A DNA stretch of 64,000 bases from the NCBI GenBank assembly GCA_032127265.1, contig JAQAZP010000027.1, positions 47 to 64,046 of the forward strand. The letters run 5' to 3'. This stretch comes from Acidobacteriota bacterium (GTDB taxonomy: Bacteria; Acidobacteriota; JAQAZP01). The notes under the pieces are model-generated. The model did no database searches. It worked only from the letters and a program-made list of their open reading frames with translations, and was not told the origin of the DNA. This document shows positions 38,028 to 46,387 of the stretch, in pieces (the first letter of the stretch is position 1; each line of letters begins with the position of its first letter). A program made the translations under genes and the position numbers.

Positions 38028-38075
38028 CGAAGCAGTCTCCTGCGAGTCAGCGCCGGCGATCAGGAGATTGCTTCG
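38028..38075. repeat. Imperfect hairpin sharing the GAAGCAATCTCCTG arm with the 9880-9970 element; possible bidirectional terminator between convergent genes
   Basis: cgaagcagtctcctg, then an 18-nt loop, then caggagattgcttcg (one mismatch). Lies between the sufU stop and the stop of the minus-strand membrane gene. Confidence 0.4.
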
Positions 38076-38100
38076 TCGTCTACGGCTCCTCACCATGACA

Positions 38101-39210
38101 CTAATTCGTCTCTTTCCCCGCAGCCAGCTTGCGCACCATCCAGATGATCGTCACCGCCGCGCCGGCCAGCAGCAGGAGAAAGACGGTCAGCTGACCCCAG
38201 CGGGGTTCGACCCATGCCGGGATCTCGTAGCCGGCCGCGGCCAGCGCCCCCCGGCGAATCTGGTCCCGGGCCAGGATCATCGCCACCAGGGTCAAAGCCA
38301 GCAGGCCGCTTCCCACCATCAGCCGTTTCATCGGCGCCTTGTCGTTGCGGGTGCCCTCCACCACCACCAGCGACCCGATACCCAGCACGATGCCCAGCAT
38401 GAGAACCCCGCTGGCCACCGGGCTGCCGCCCATGAAGCGGAGCATGAGCTCCCGCGGCAAGGCCACCAGCCACCAGCAGCCGCTGCCGATGTTGATTACC
38501 GTGGCGGCCATGAACCAATGGCTGCCCAGCTTGATCGCGTAGCGCCCTGATTCCGGGCTGGTCTCCAGCCGCCGCGCGCCATGGACGGCGATCACCAGCC
38601 CGGCCACGGCCACGGCTCCCAGCACCATGTGCAGCCAGCGGGGGAACAGGGTCGGGTCGGCCAGGTTTAGCTCGCCCCCGCCGGCGGATGCGCCGTGCAG
38701 CTCGGCGAACCGCTCGGGCGAGAGCATCAGGCTCATGTTGTTGGTGTAGATGAAGGCGATGGCCATGAAGAGCAGGGCGACCAGCCCGGTGACCCACGGC
38801 CGTGCCCGGCCCAGCCGCTGGCCTTTGAACGCGGCCAGGTAGGTGCCGTAATAGGCCAGGATCAGGATCGGAATCACGCTGAGCCAGTACCAGGCCATCA
38901 GCACCGAAGAACTGAAAAAGAGCCGGCCGAAGAGCACCTGGGTCAGCAGCAGGGGAGCCACCCCGAAGCTCACCGCGGCGGCCACCATCGGCGGCATGGC
39001 CTTGGCGAGAAAGGAGCGCAGTTCCTCACGCGGGACGTCTTTCTTGCGGCCCAGCAGGGCGGAGATGATCGACCCGCCCAGAATGAAATTCATCGGCAGC
39101 AGGTGGAGGAAAAAGGTCAGCAGCAGAAGAAACCAGACCAGCGCCGGCGGAGCGGAGAGGGGCAGCGGGTCGGGATGGGGAATGATCACGCTCAGCAGGC
39201 TGTCCATCAC
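38101..39210 (-). CDS. Polytopic membrane protein; candidate subunit-II (CydB-like) partner of the upstream cytochrome-bd-like protein
   Basis: About 9 predicted TM helices. ATGA overlap with the upstream gene. No sequence-level family signature recognisable by eye. Confidence 0.45.
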   Translation of the reverse strand: MMDSLLSVIIPHPDPLPLSAPPALVWFLLLLTFFLHLLPMNFILGGSIISALLGRKKDVPREELRSFLAKAMPPMVAAAVSFGVAPLLLTQVLFGRLFFSSSVLMAWYWLSVIPILILAYYGTYLAAFKGQRLGRARPWVTGLVALLFMAIAFIYTNNMSLMLSPERFAELHGASAGGGELNLADPTLFPRWLHMVLGAVAVAGLVIAVHGARRLETSPESGRYAIKLGSHWFMAATVINIGSGCWWLVALPRELMLRFMGGSPVASGVLMLGIVLGIGSLVVVEGTRNDKAPMKRLMVGSGLLALTLVAMILARDQIRRGALAAAGYEIPAWVEPRWGQLTVFLLLLAGAAVTIIWMVRKLAAGKETN

Positions 39211-40982
39211 TCCGCCTCCTTTCCGGTGAAAGCGGCCAGGTGGCCGGCCAGGGCCCTCCGCTCTTCGTCGGTCCCCTCGAAGGGGAACATCTCGTCACTC
39301 AGTTCCTCGAGCATGCCGATGGCCTCGTAGAGCTGATCCTCGGAGTAGCCCTCGATGAGGCTCTCGATTTCCAGGTCGCTGTCCGGTTCGTGGCAGATCG
39401 CGCAATTCTCCTCGAAGATCATCACGCCGTCCGGCCCGCTCGCTGCCGGTGCCGTTTCCACTCCGGCCAGCGGGTCGCCGCCCAGCCGGGCGAGCCAGAC
39501 GGACAGCGCCCGCTTCTCGGCGGCGGTGCCGCTGAATGGCGGCATGCGGAAGCCGCGGCGTGTCTTGAGCCGCAGTTCGGGGTCATCCCATCCAGTCGGC
39601 TCTCCCGAGGCATCCACCGGCAGGGCCAGGGTGTCCAGCACGTTTTCCAGGCCCGCGGCCGATTTCCCCTCCACCAGCGGCCGCAGGGCCAGGTAACCGT
39701 CCACGGTGTGACAGGCGGTGCAGAGCTGGCGAAAGAGAAGCTCGCCGGCCCTGGCTTCCAGATCGGCCCGCTCTTCCGGGGTGCGTGACGAGTCAGGTCC
39801 GGCCAGGGGGTCAAATCCCTGCGGCGCCCGATTCCAGAGCGAGGCGCTCAGCACACCGGTCTTGTTCAGTTCGGGGAGGGAGAACCGGTCGGCGGCGTAT
39901 TGCTCCATGCCGGCCGGCGCCCCCGGTGCTCCCTGGGCGGCGGGCAGCCGCACGCTGTTGACGAACATATACTGACCGATGACATAGGGTTTGCGCAGGT
40001 CCTCGCGGACCCACTCGCCGCCGGCAAAAGCCAGCTGGCCGAGGATCAACAGGCCCACCGCACTGGACAGGCCGTAGCCGGCCGGGCGGATGAGTGCGAT
40101 GAAGAGCAGCAGCAGTGCCGCTCCGGCCGAGGCCGCCAGACAGACCGTGGCCCCGTTCTGCAGGATCGGGTATCCGGAGCCGCTGCTGCCGGAAAAGATG
40201 GAAGCGATGACCGCCCCCACGCTCTCACCGCCGGCGCCGAAGATCCGGCCGGCCAGAATGCCGGCCCCGATGGCGCTCTGCAGATACCAGACAAGGGAAA
40301 GTGGAATAGCCACCACCATCGGCAATACCCACTTGAGGCCGGCCCAGCGGGCCATTCGCTTCTTGAATGCCAGGTCCCGGGAGCGGGCGTTGGTCAGCAG
40401 GGCATAGATCCCGGCCAGGCCGATGGCAACAGCTGTCCGGGCCACCAGCGAGGGCCAGTAGGTGGGATTGAGCAGGCCGTCGAGGAAACCGCGGCTGGTG
40501 ACCCACTGGCCCGGTGTCAGCTGGAAGGAGATGATGCCATTGATGATCACCATGCTGACCCAGGCGGCGATGAAGTAGATCCAGCCCACCGCCTCGTGAG
40601 TTCCGGCTTCCAGGCGGTCCCAGCCGTAGTAGTAGACCATGGCCGCCGCCACTTCCACGAGGAAGAAGGTCCACTCCATGCCCCAGGCCCAGACAAAGGT
40701 GTTGATCAGGGCCGAGGTGCCCGAGGGGTGGACCAGGCCGATGGCGAACCAGATGGCCACACCGGTGATGGCCCCGAGCACCAGGGTGACCAGCATGAAG
40801 AAGCGGGTGTGACGCCGGGTGTAGTCGAGAAGTTCCGCGTCGCCGGACTTCCGCGCCTTGCGCTCGGCGAGCACCAGGAACAGGCCGCCGCCCACGGCGA
40901 AGTGGGAGATGAAGACGTGGAATACGGATATGAAGGCGATGATCAGCCCGGACGCGGGCTGATCCCAGATCGGGTAGTTCAT
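39207..40982 (-). CDS. Cytochrome-bd-oxidase-subunit-I (CydA)-like membrane protein fused to a C-terminal dihaem cytochrome c domain
   Basis: N-terminal His in TM1 (SVFHVFISHFAVGGG). CydA-like helix block WAWGMEWTFFLVEVAAAMVYYYGWDRL. C-terminal soluble region with two CxxCH (CTACH, CAICH). Confidence 0.65.
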   Translation of the reverse strand: MNYPIWDQPASGLIIAFISVFHVFISHFAVGGGLFLVLAERKARKSGDAELLDYTRRHTRFFMLVTLVLGAITGVAIWFAIGLVHPSGTSALINTFVWAWGMEWTFFLVEVAAAMVYYYGWDRLEAGTHEAVGWIYFIAAWVSMVIINGIISFQLTPGQWVTSRGFLDGLLNPTYWPSLVARTAVAIGLAGIYALLTNARSRDLAFKKRMARWAGLKWVLPMVVAIPLSLVWYLQSAIGAGILAGRIFGAGGESVGAVIASIFSGSSGSGYPILQNGATVCLAASAGAALLLLFIALIRPAGYGLSSAVGLLILGQLAFAGGEWVREDLRKPYVIGQYMFVNSVRLPAAQGAPGAPAGMEQYAADRFSLPELNKTGVLSASLWNRAPQGFDPLAGPDSSRTPEERADLEARAGELLFRQLCTACHTVDGYLALRPLVEGKSAAGLENVLDTLALPVDASGEPTGWDDPELRLKTRRGFRMPPFSGTAAEKRALSVWLARLGGDPLAGVETAPAASGPDGVMIFEENCAICHEPDSDLEIESLIEGYSEDQLYEAIGMLEELSDEMFPFEGTDEERRALAGHLAAFTGKEAE

Positions 40983-41114
40983 GCCGAGACCTCCCTGGTC
41001 AGACCTCCGCTGGGGCCCGAATGCTTTGCTGGCAGAGGTTTTTGAATCTGCTTTCAGGAACTCAATTTCCTGAATATATCCTCATATTGTCAGGTTCGTC
41101 CAGACAAACATCTG

Positions 41115-41176
41115 TTGACGGTCTGCGGGGCCGGGTCTATGATGACAGTGTTACGTTTTAATTATTTGTAATAATT
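41115..41176 (+). promoter_or_regulatory. Candidate sigma-70 promoter plus AT-rich palindrome (possible NikR operator) upstream of the Ni/Co ECF transporter operon
   Basis: TTGACG, 17 nt, TATGAT at 41115-41143, followed by AATTATT-TGT-AATAATT at 41160-41176. GGAG RBS 8 nt before the ATG at 41193. Confidence 0.4.
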
Positions 41177-41192
41177 TTGTGGAGATGAATCG

Positions 41193-41747
41193 ATGAGGAA
41201 ACGCCTGCCGACAGCGATCCCTGTTCTGGCCCTGACTCTTGTCCTGTTCATGTTCTCGCTGCCGGTTCCGGCACACCACGTTCATCATGAAGTGACCCGG
41301 GGGGAAGCGGTCGTGGTGAGCCTGGCTTACGGGAACGGGTCACCACTGGCTTTTGACCGCTACGATATCTTTGCCGGGGACGGCGAGACGCCGTATCAGT
41401 CAGGGAAGACCGACGGCGAGGGCCGGATCGTCTTTCTGCCTGACCATGGCGGCGTCTGGCGGGTCAAGGTCTTCTCCGCGGACGGCCACGGAGCCGACTT
41501 CACTTTTGAGGCGGGCCCGGCGGCAGCGAAGGTCATCGAGCCGGATGGCGTGGAACCTCCTGACGAGGCGGCCGGTCCGGACACGCCGGCCGGTCCTGAC
41601 AAGACGGCCGTGAGCACATTGACTTCGGAAGTGGCGGTCGCGGAGAAGAAGAACTTCATCGAGCGCTACGCCCTCCCCGTTGCCGGTGTGGGCATCATTT
41701 TCGGGCTCTTCGGTCTGTTTTCGATGTTCGCCCGCCGCCGGCGCTGA
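41193..41747 (+). CDS. Secreted, C-terminally membrane-anchored His-rich protein; putative periplasmic metal-binding component of the ECF Ni/Co importer
   Basis: Signal peptide with predicted cleavage before HHVHHEV. Beta-rich body. Pro/Asp-rich linker. Single C-terminal TM helix plus RRRR. First gene of the cbiM-Q-O cluster. Confidence 0.5.
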   Translation: MRKRLPTAIPVLALTLVLFMFSLPVPAHHVHHEVTRGEAVVVSLAYGNGSPLAFDRYDIFAGDGETPYQSGKTDGEGRIVFLPDHGGVWRVKVFSADGHGADFTFEAGPAAAKVIEPDGVEPPDEAAGPDTPAGPDKTAVSTLTSEVAVAEKKNFIERYALPVAGVGIIFGLFGLFSMFARRRR

Positions 41748-41773
41748 CCATATCCTTACGGGAGCTGTTCCAC

Positions 41774-42421
41774 GTGCACATCCCCGACGGCTTCATCTCA
41801 CCGAAGATGTATCTCCCGCTCTACGCGGTGTCGGCCGGGCTCTGGGCCTGGGGCCTCAGGCGGATGCGCCGCACCCTCGACGAGAAGACCATCCCCTGGC
41901 TGGCCGTGCTGGCCGCGCTCAGCTTCATCCTGATGATGGTGACTGTCCCCCTGCCCGGCGGCAGTTCGGTGCACGCCACCGGTATCTGCCTGCTGGCGGT
42001 GATCTTCGGTGTCTGGGCCGCCTTTCTCGCCGTCTCCCTGGTGCTGCTGATCCAGGCGCTGCTCTTCGGCACCGGCGGGATCACCTCCCTGCCGCTCAAC
42101 GCCCTGGCCATGGGTCTGGTCGGGGGGGCCACCGCCTGGTCCACCTTCCGCCTGCTGCGGCGGTGGAACGAGACCGCGGCCCTGGCCCTGGCGGCCTGGC
42201 TCTCGGTGCTGGTGCCGGCGGTACTGGTGGCCCTGGCCCTCGGCCTTCAGCCGCTGATCGCCAGCGCGCCCGACGGCACGCCGCTCTTCTTCCCCTACGG
42301 GCCGCGGGTGACTCTGCCGGCGTTGCTCATCCCCCACGCGATCCTCGGGGTGGGTGAGGCCCTGCTCACCGTGCTGGTCTACCGCATGGTGGACCGTCTC
42401 AAGCAAGGGGTGCGGCCATGA
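41774..42421 (+). CDS. cbiM: ECF transporter substrate-specific component CbiM/NikM
   Basis: Hallmark N-terminus MHIPDGF and a CbiM-like TM pattern. Confidence 0.8.
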   Translation: MHIPDGFISPKMYLPLYAVSAGLWAWGLRRMRRTLDEKTIPWLAVLAALSFILMMVTVPLPGGSSVHATGICLLAVIFGVWAAFLAVSLVLLIQALLFGTGGITSLPLNALAMGLVGGATAWSTFRLLRRWNETAALALAAWLSVLVPAVLVALALGLQPLIASAPDGTPLFFPYGPRVTLPALLIPHAILGVGEALLTVLVYRMVDRLKQGVRP

Positions 42422-42969
42422 AAGACCGCGTGATGCTGCTGGCCTACTTCGCCGCGGTGCTGCTGGCCACCTCGATCCACGACCTGCGCTTCCTCGGTGC
42501 GGGCCTGGCCACGGTGGCGCTGCTCGCCGGCCGCCGGCTGCCGCGGTTGCTCAAGCGGACCGCGATGGCCATCCTGCTCTTCAATAGCGTGGTCACCATC
42601 TCCTACACAGCCCTCTCCCTCTGGCAGGGCAACTTCTCCGGCCACTACGTGCTGCTGATCAATCTGCGGGTTTTCCTGCTCACCGCGCTGACCTTCCTGC
42701 TTGCCGAGCGGTTCAACCCCTTCCGCGCCTTTGCCGTGTCCCGTTCGCTGCTCTACCTCACCACGCTCTGCTACAGCCAGGTGCTGACCATGCGCCGGCT
42801 CTTCGGCGAGTTCCGCCACGCCTTCCGCAGCCGCAGCATCGTCCGTCCCGGCCTGCGGGACCTCTATCGCCACGGCGCGGCCACCGCGGCCTTTTTCCTG
42901 CACAAGTCAGTGAGCGACGCCGGCGAAATTGCCCAGGCCATGACCTCGAGGGGGTTTTTCAATGATTGA
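42418..42969 (+). CDS. cbiQ: ECF transporter transmembrane T component CbiQ/NikQ
   Basis: Small polytopic membrane protein immediately after cbiM with ATGA overlap, CbiQ-like. Confidence 0.7.
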   Translation: MKDRVMLLAYFAAVLLATSIHDLRFLGAGLATVALLAGRRLPRLLKRTAMAILLFNSVVTISYTALSLWQGNFSGHYVLLINLRVFLLTALTFLLAERFNPFRAFAVSRSLLYLTTLCYSQVLTMRRLFGEFRHAFRSRSIVRPGLRDLYRHGAATAAFFLHKSVSDAGEIAQAMTSRGFFND

Positions 42970-43735
42970 GCTTGACCGGCTGGGGCACGATTTTGGCAAA
43001 AGCACCGTGCTGGAGGATGTCTCCTTCACCATCTCGCCCGGCGAGAAAGTGGTGCTGCTGGGGGTCAACGGCAGCGGCAAGTCGACCCTGCTCAAGATCC
43101 TCAACGGGCTGATCTTCCCCACCCGCGGCCGCTGGCGCTACAAGGGCCGGGAGATCACGGCACGAGCGATGAAGGGCAAGGACTTCAGCCGCTCCTTCCG
43201 CCGCGAGTCGGTGCTGCTCTTCCAGAGCCCGGAGGCGATGATCTTCAATCCCACCGTCTTTGACGAGATCGCCTTCGGCCCGCGGCAGCTGGGCCTGGAA
43301 GACCTGGACGACCGGGTGCGGCACTGGGCCGTCCAGGTGGGCGTGGAGAAGTTCCTCCAGCGGCCGCCGTTCGAGCTGAGCGGCGGCGAGAAGCAGAAGG
43401 TCTGCCTGGCCGCGCTGCTGGTGCTGGAACCCGAACTGCTGCTGCTCGACGAACCCACGGCCAACCTCGATCCGCGGAGCACCGGCTGGCTGGTGGACTT
43501 CCTCCAGGAACTGCCGGTGACCACCCTGGTCACGACCCACAACCTGAGCCTCGGCGCCGAGCTGGGGGAGCGCACCCTGGTCCTCTCCGAGGGCCACCGG
43601 CTGATCTACGACGGCCGGCTCGCCGACCTGCTGGGCGACCGGGAGAAACTGATCGAAGCCAACCTGGTGCACAGCCACCGTCACCGGCACGAGGGAGTGG
43701 AGCACCGCCACTACCACGTGCACCAGTGGAAGTGA
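42962..43735 (+). CDS. cbiO: ECF transporter ATPase CbiO/NikO with a His-rich C-terminal tail
   Basis: Walker A GVNGSGKST, signature LSGGEKQK, Walker B LLLDEPTANLD. The tail reads HSHRHRHEGVEHRHYHVHQWK. Confidence 0.8.
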   Translation: MIELDRLGHDFGKSTVLEDVSFTISPGEKVVLLGVNGSGKSTLLKILNGLIFPTRGRWRYKGREITARAMKGKDFSRSFRRESVLLFQSPEAMIFNPTVFDEIAFGPRQLGLEDLDDRVRHWAVQVGVEKFLQRPPFELSGGEKQKVCLAALLVLEPELLLLDEPTANLDPRSTGWLVDFLQELPVTTLVTTHNLSLGAELGERTLVLSEGHRLIYDGRLADLLGDREKLIEANLVHSHRHRHEGVEHRHYHVHQWK

Positions 43736-43742
43736 GGCCGCG

Positions 43743-44831
43743 ATGCGCTCTTTCCTGATCCTCATCCCCATCGGCATCTTTTTCCTGATGCACCTCTTTG
43801 CCGGCTGGCGGCTGAGCAGCCTCTTCGAGCAGGCCTTCCGCTGGAAACCACTGCTGCTCTGGTTCACGGCGGTGCTGCTCAACGTGGTGCTGGTGCTGAC
43901 CATCACCATGCGCGGCGGCTGGAACCCGCTGATCCGCGCCTGGCGGGTGGCCACCGAGACCTACCTCGGCCTGCTTTTCATCCTCTTCTCCGTGCTGCTC
44001 GCCTGGGGCCTCGTCCAGTGGTCCGTGGGGTTCTGGCGGCCCATCCCCGGTCCGGTTTCCCGCTGGGCGGTCTTCGCCGTCACCGCGGTCTACGTGGTCG
44101 CCGCCCTGGTTAACGCGATGACGGTGCGGGTCAGGACCGTGGAACTGACCTCGCCGAAACTCACCGCCCCGCTGACCCTGGTCCAGATCAGCGACCTGCA
44201 CCTCGGCCCGGTGCACGGCGCCGGATACGTCAACCGGCTGGTGGAGCTGGCCAATTCGGTGAACCCCGACCTGGTGCTGGTCACCGGCGACCTGCTGGAG
44301 CGGGGTGTCCAGCCCGAAATGCTGCGGGGCTTCAACGGCCTGAACGCGCCGGGATATTTCATCTGGGGCAACCACGACAAGTTCCTGCCCCGGCGCGAAG
44401 CGCTGGACCTGCTCGCCGTCACCCCCTTCACCCTGCTGGAGGACGAAGTGGTTCAGGTGGACGGCCGGCTGCAGCTGGTGGGGCTGGACTACCCCGGTTT
44501 CGAGGGGGAGCGCAAGGAAGGGGACGTGCTCGGCCGGCTGCCGATCAGCGAGGGCCCGTTCACCATCCTGCTCTCCCACGCCCCGCTCGATTTCCCGCAC
44601 TGGGAGCGCTACCCCATCGACCTCGAACTTTCGGGGCACACCCACGCGGGGCAGATCATCCCCTTCAACCTGGTGGTCCGGCTGCGCTATCGGCTGCTCT
44701 CCGGGCTCTACCGGGAGGGTGGGAAAGCCACCTATGTCTCGCCGGGCACCGGCACCTGGGGGCCGCCGCTCAGGTTGGGGACGCGCAACGAAGTGACCTG
44801 CATCAAACTGCTGCCTGAAGGGGGTGAGTGA
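43743..44831 (+). CDS. Membrane-anchored calcineurin-like metallophosphoesterase
   Basis: Five N-terminal TM helices, then phosphoesterase motifs ([26 protein letters not shown]). Confidence 0.65.
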   Translation: MRSFLILIPIGIFFLMHLFAGWRLSSLFEQAFRWKPLLLWFTAVLLNVVLVLTITMRGGWNPLIRAWRVATETYLGLLFILFSVLLAWGLVQWSVGFWRPIPGPVSRWAVFAVTAVYVVAALVNAMTVRVRTVELTSPKLTAPLTLVQISDLHLGPVHGAGYVNRLVELANSVNPDLVLVTGDLLERGVQPEMLRGFNGLNAPGYFIWGNHDKFLPRREALDLLAVTPFTLLEDEVVQVDGRLQLVGLDYPGFEGERKEGDVLGRLPISEGPFTILLSHAPLDFPHWERYPIDLELSGHTHAGQIIPFNLVVRLRYRLLSGLYREGGKATYVSPGTGTWGPPLRLGTRNEVTCIKLLPEGGE

Positions 44832-45253
44832 TGAACACCAGTGACAGCGCGATCCGGTTCAGCGTATCGCTTCCCGGGAAGCTCCTCGGCGAGCTGGACC
44901 GCCGGGTGGTCAGCCGGGGGTACGCTTCGCGGTCGGAACTGGTCCGCGACCTGATCCGGGAAAAGATCGTCGAGGAGAAGTGGGAGGACGAGGGCCAGGA
45001 CGTGGTGGGGGTGCTGGTGATCGTCTTCGACCACCATCAAAAAGACCTGGCGGAGAAGGTGATCCATGCCCAGCACCAGCACCACGTGAACATCCTCTGC
45101 TCGACCCACGTGCACATGGATCACCACAATTGCCTGGAGACGATCATCATCAAGGGCCGCCCGCCGGAAATCGAGAAGATCGCCATCGAGATCGGGGGCC
45201 TGCGCGGGGTCCGCTTTGCCCGGCTGACCCGGGCTTCGCGGGTGGAGTTCTAG
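44828..45253 (+). CDS. nikR: Nickel-responsive transcriptional regulator NikR (ribbon-helix-helix plus ACT-like Ni-binding domain)
   Basis: RHH N-terminus ([37 protein letters not shown]) and high-affinity Ni-site residues ([22 protein letters not shown]). Confidence 0.8.
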   Translation: MMNTSDSAIRFSVSLPGKLLGELDRRVVSRGYASRSELVRDLIREKIVEEKWEDEGQDVVGVLVIVFDHHQKDLAEKVIHAQHQHHVNILCSTHVHMDHHNCLETIIIKGRPPEIEKIAIEIGGLRGVRFARLTRASRVEF

Positions 45254-45296
45254 TCGACCTGGAAGAAACCTTCATCTTCGCCAACCCGGACGCGGG

Positions 45297-46272
45297 TCAG
45301 AGAAACCGCACCGCCACCTTTTCCGACCAGTAGAGCCCTTCCCCGTTGAACTCCACGAAACCCACGTGGCCCCCGAATTCCGGCAGCAGCAGGGTCACCA
45401 TCGGGTTGGCCGCGGCTTCCTCCACCGGGTAGCATTGCGGGGAAAGTATCGGATCGTTTTTGGCGCTGACGATCAGGGTCGGGACGGTGATCCCCGGGGA
45501 TGTGTGGTTTGCAGCTGCAGCGCGCCCAGTAGTCCTCGGCATCACGGAAGCCGTGAACCGGTGCGGTATAGCGATCATCGAATCCCTGAAAATCCTTGAT
45601 CCGGCCGTAACCCCGGTCGTCGATCCGGCCGGGGAATTGTTCCATCTTCCAGCGCACCTTGCGGTGCAGATCCACCAGGAATCGTTTCATATACATCCGG
45701 TTCGACCAGCGGGTCATCTTTTCGGCGCCTGATTTCAGGTCACAGGGGACCGAGAAGGCCACCGCCTTCCTGACCAGCGGGTCGATCCGCTCTCCCTGCC
45801 GGCCGAGATGCAGCAGGGTGATATTGCCCCCGAGGCTGAAGCCCAGCAGCGCCACCTCGTCGTAGCTCCCGGTCTGTTTCACCCGGTCGATCACCCGCTG
45901 CAGGTCGTCGGTGCTACCGTTGTGGTAGAGGCGGAAGGTCCGGTTCGGCTCGCCGCTGCAGGAGCGCTGGTTCCAGGACAGGGTGTCCCAGCCGGCACGG
46001 TTCAGCGCCCGGACCATGCCCAGCACGTAGGCGCGGTGCGAGTGGCCTTCCAGCCCGTGGGAGATGATCGCCAACCGGCGGCTGCAGCCGGTCTCCGACC
46101 AGTCGAGATCGAGGAAGTCGCCGTCGTCGGTCTCCAGCCGCTCCCGGCGGTAGTGCTCGGGAGCGAGGCGGCGGAAGAGGGTGGGATAGACCGTCTGCAG
46201 GTGACCGTTGCCCAGCAGGCGGGGCGGTCGATAGTCAGGGAATTGGACGGCCGTTGTATCCGCGGTGTTCAT
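45297..46272 (-). pseudogene. YheT-like alpha/beta-hydrolase with an apparent single frameshift near 45500-45570 (pseudogene or assembly error)
   Basis: N-terminal and central part (GNGHLQTVYP, HGLEGHS, GFSLGGN nucleophile elbow) in the frame of ORF 45250..46356. The conserved C-terminus (PTLIVSAKNDPIL...GGHVGF) lies in the overlapping frame 45297..45578. Confidence 0.45.
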
Positions 46273-46387
46273 CGTTGCCCGATCGGTGCATGGTGACGTG
46301 GAGCCCGGACGGCTCGATGATGCGGCTTCACGCGTTCTGGCAATCGTATTATGCAACGATCGGGTTCGGCGGGAAAGTGCGGGCGGG

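Noticed and set aside
41040-41192. Possible cobalamin or NiCo riboswitch upstream of the cbiM cluster
   Set aside because: The 5' region is only about 150 nt and lacks the B12-box or other recognisable riboswitch cores. A simple promoter plus palindromic operator explains it better.
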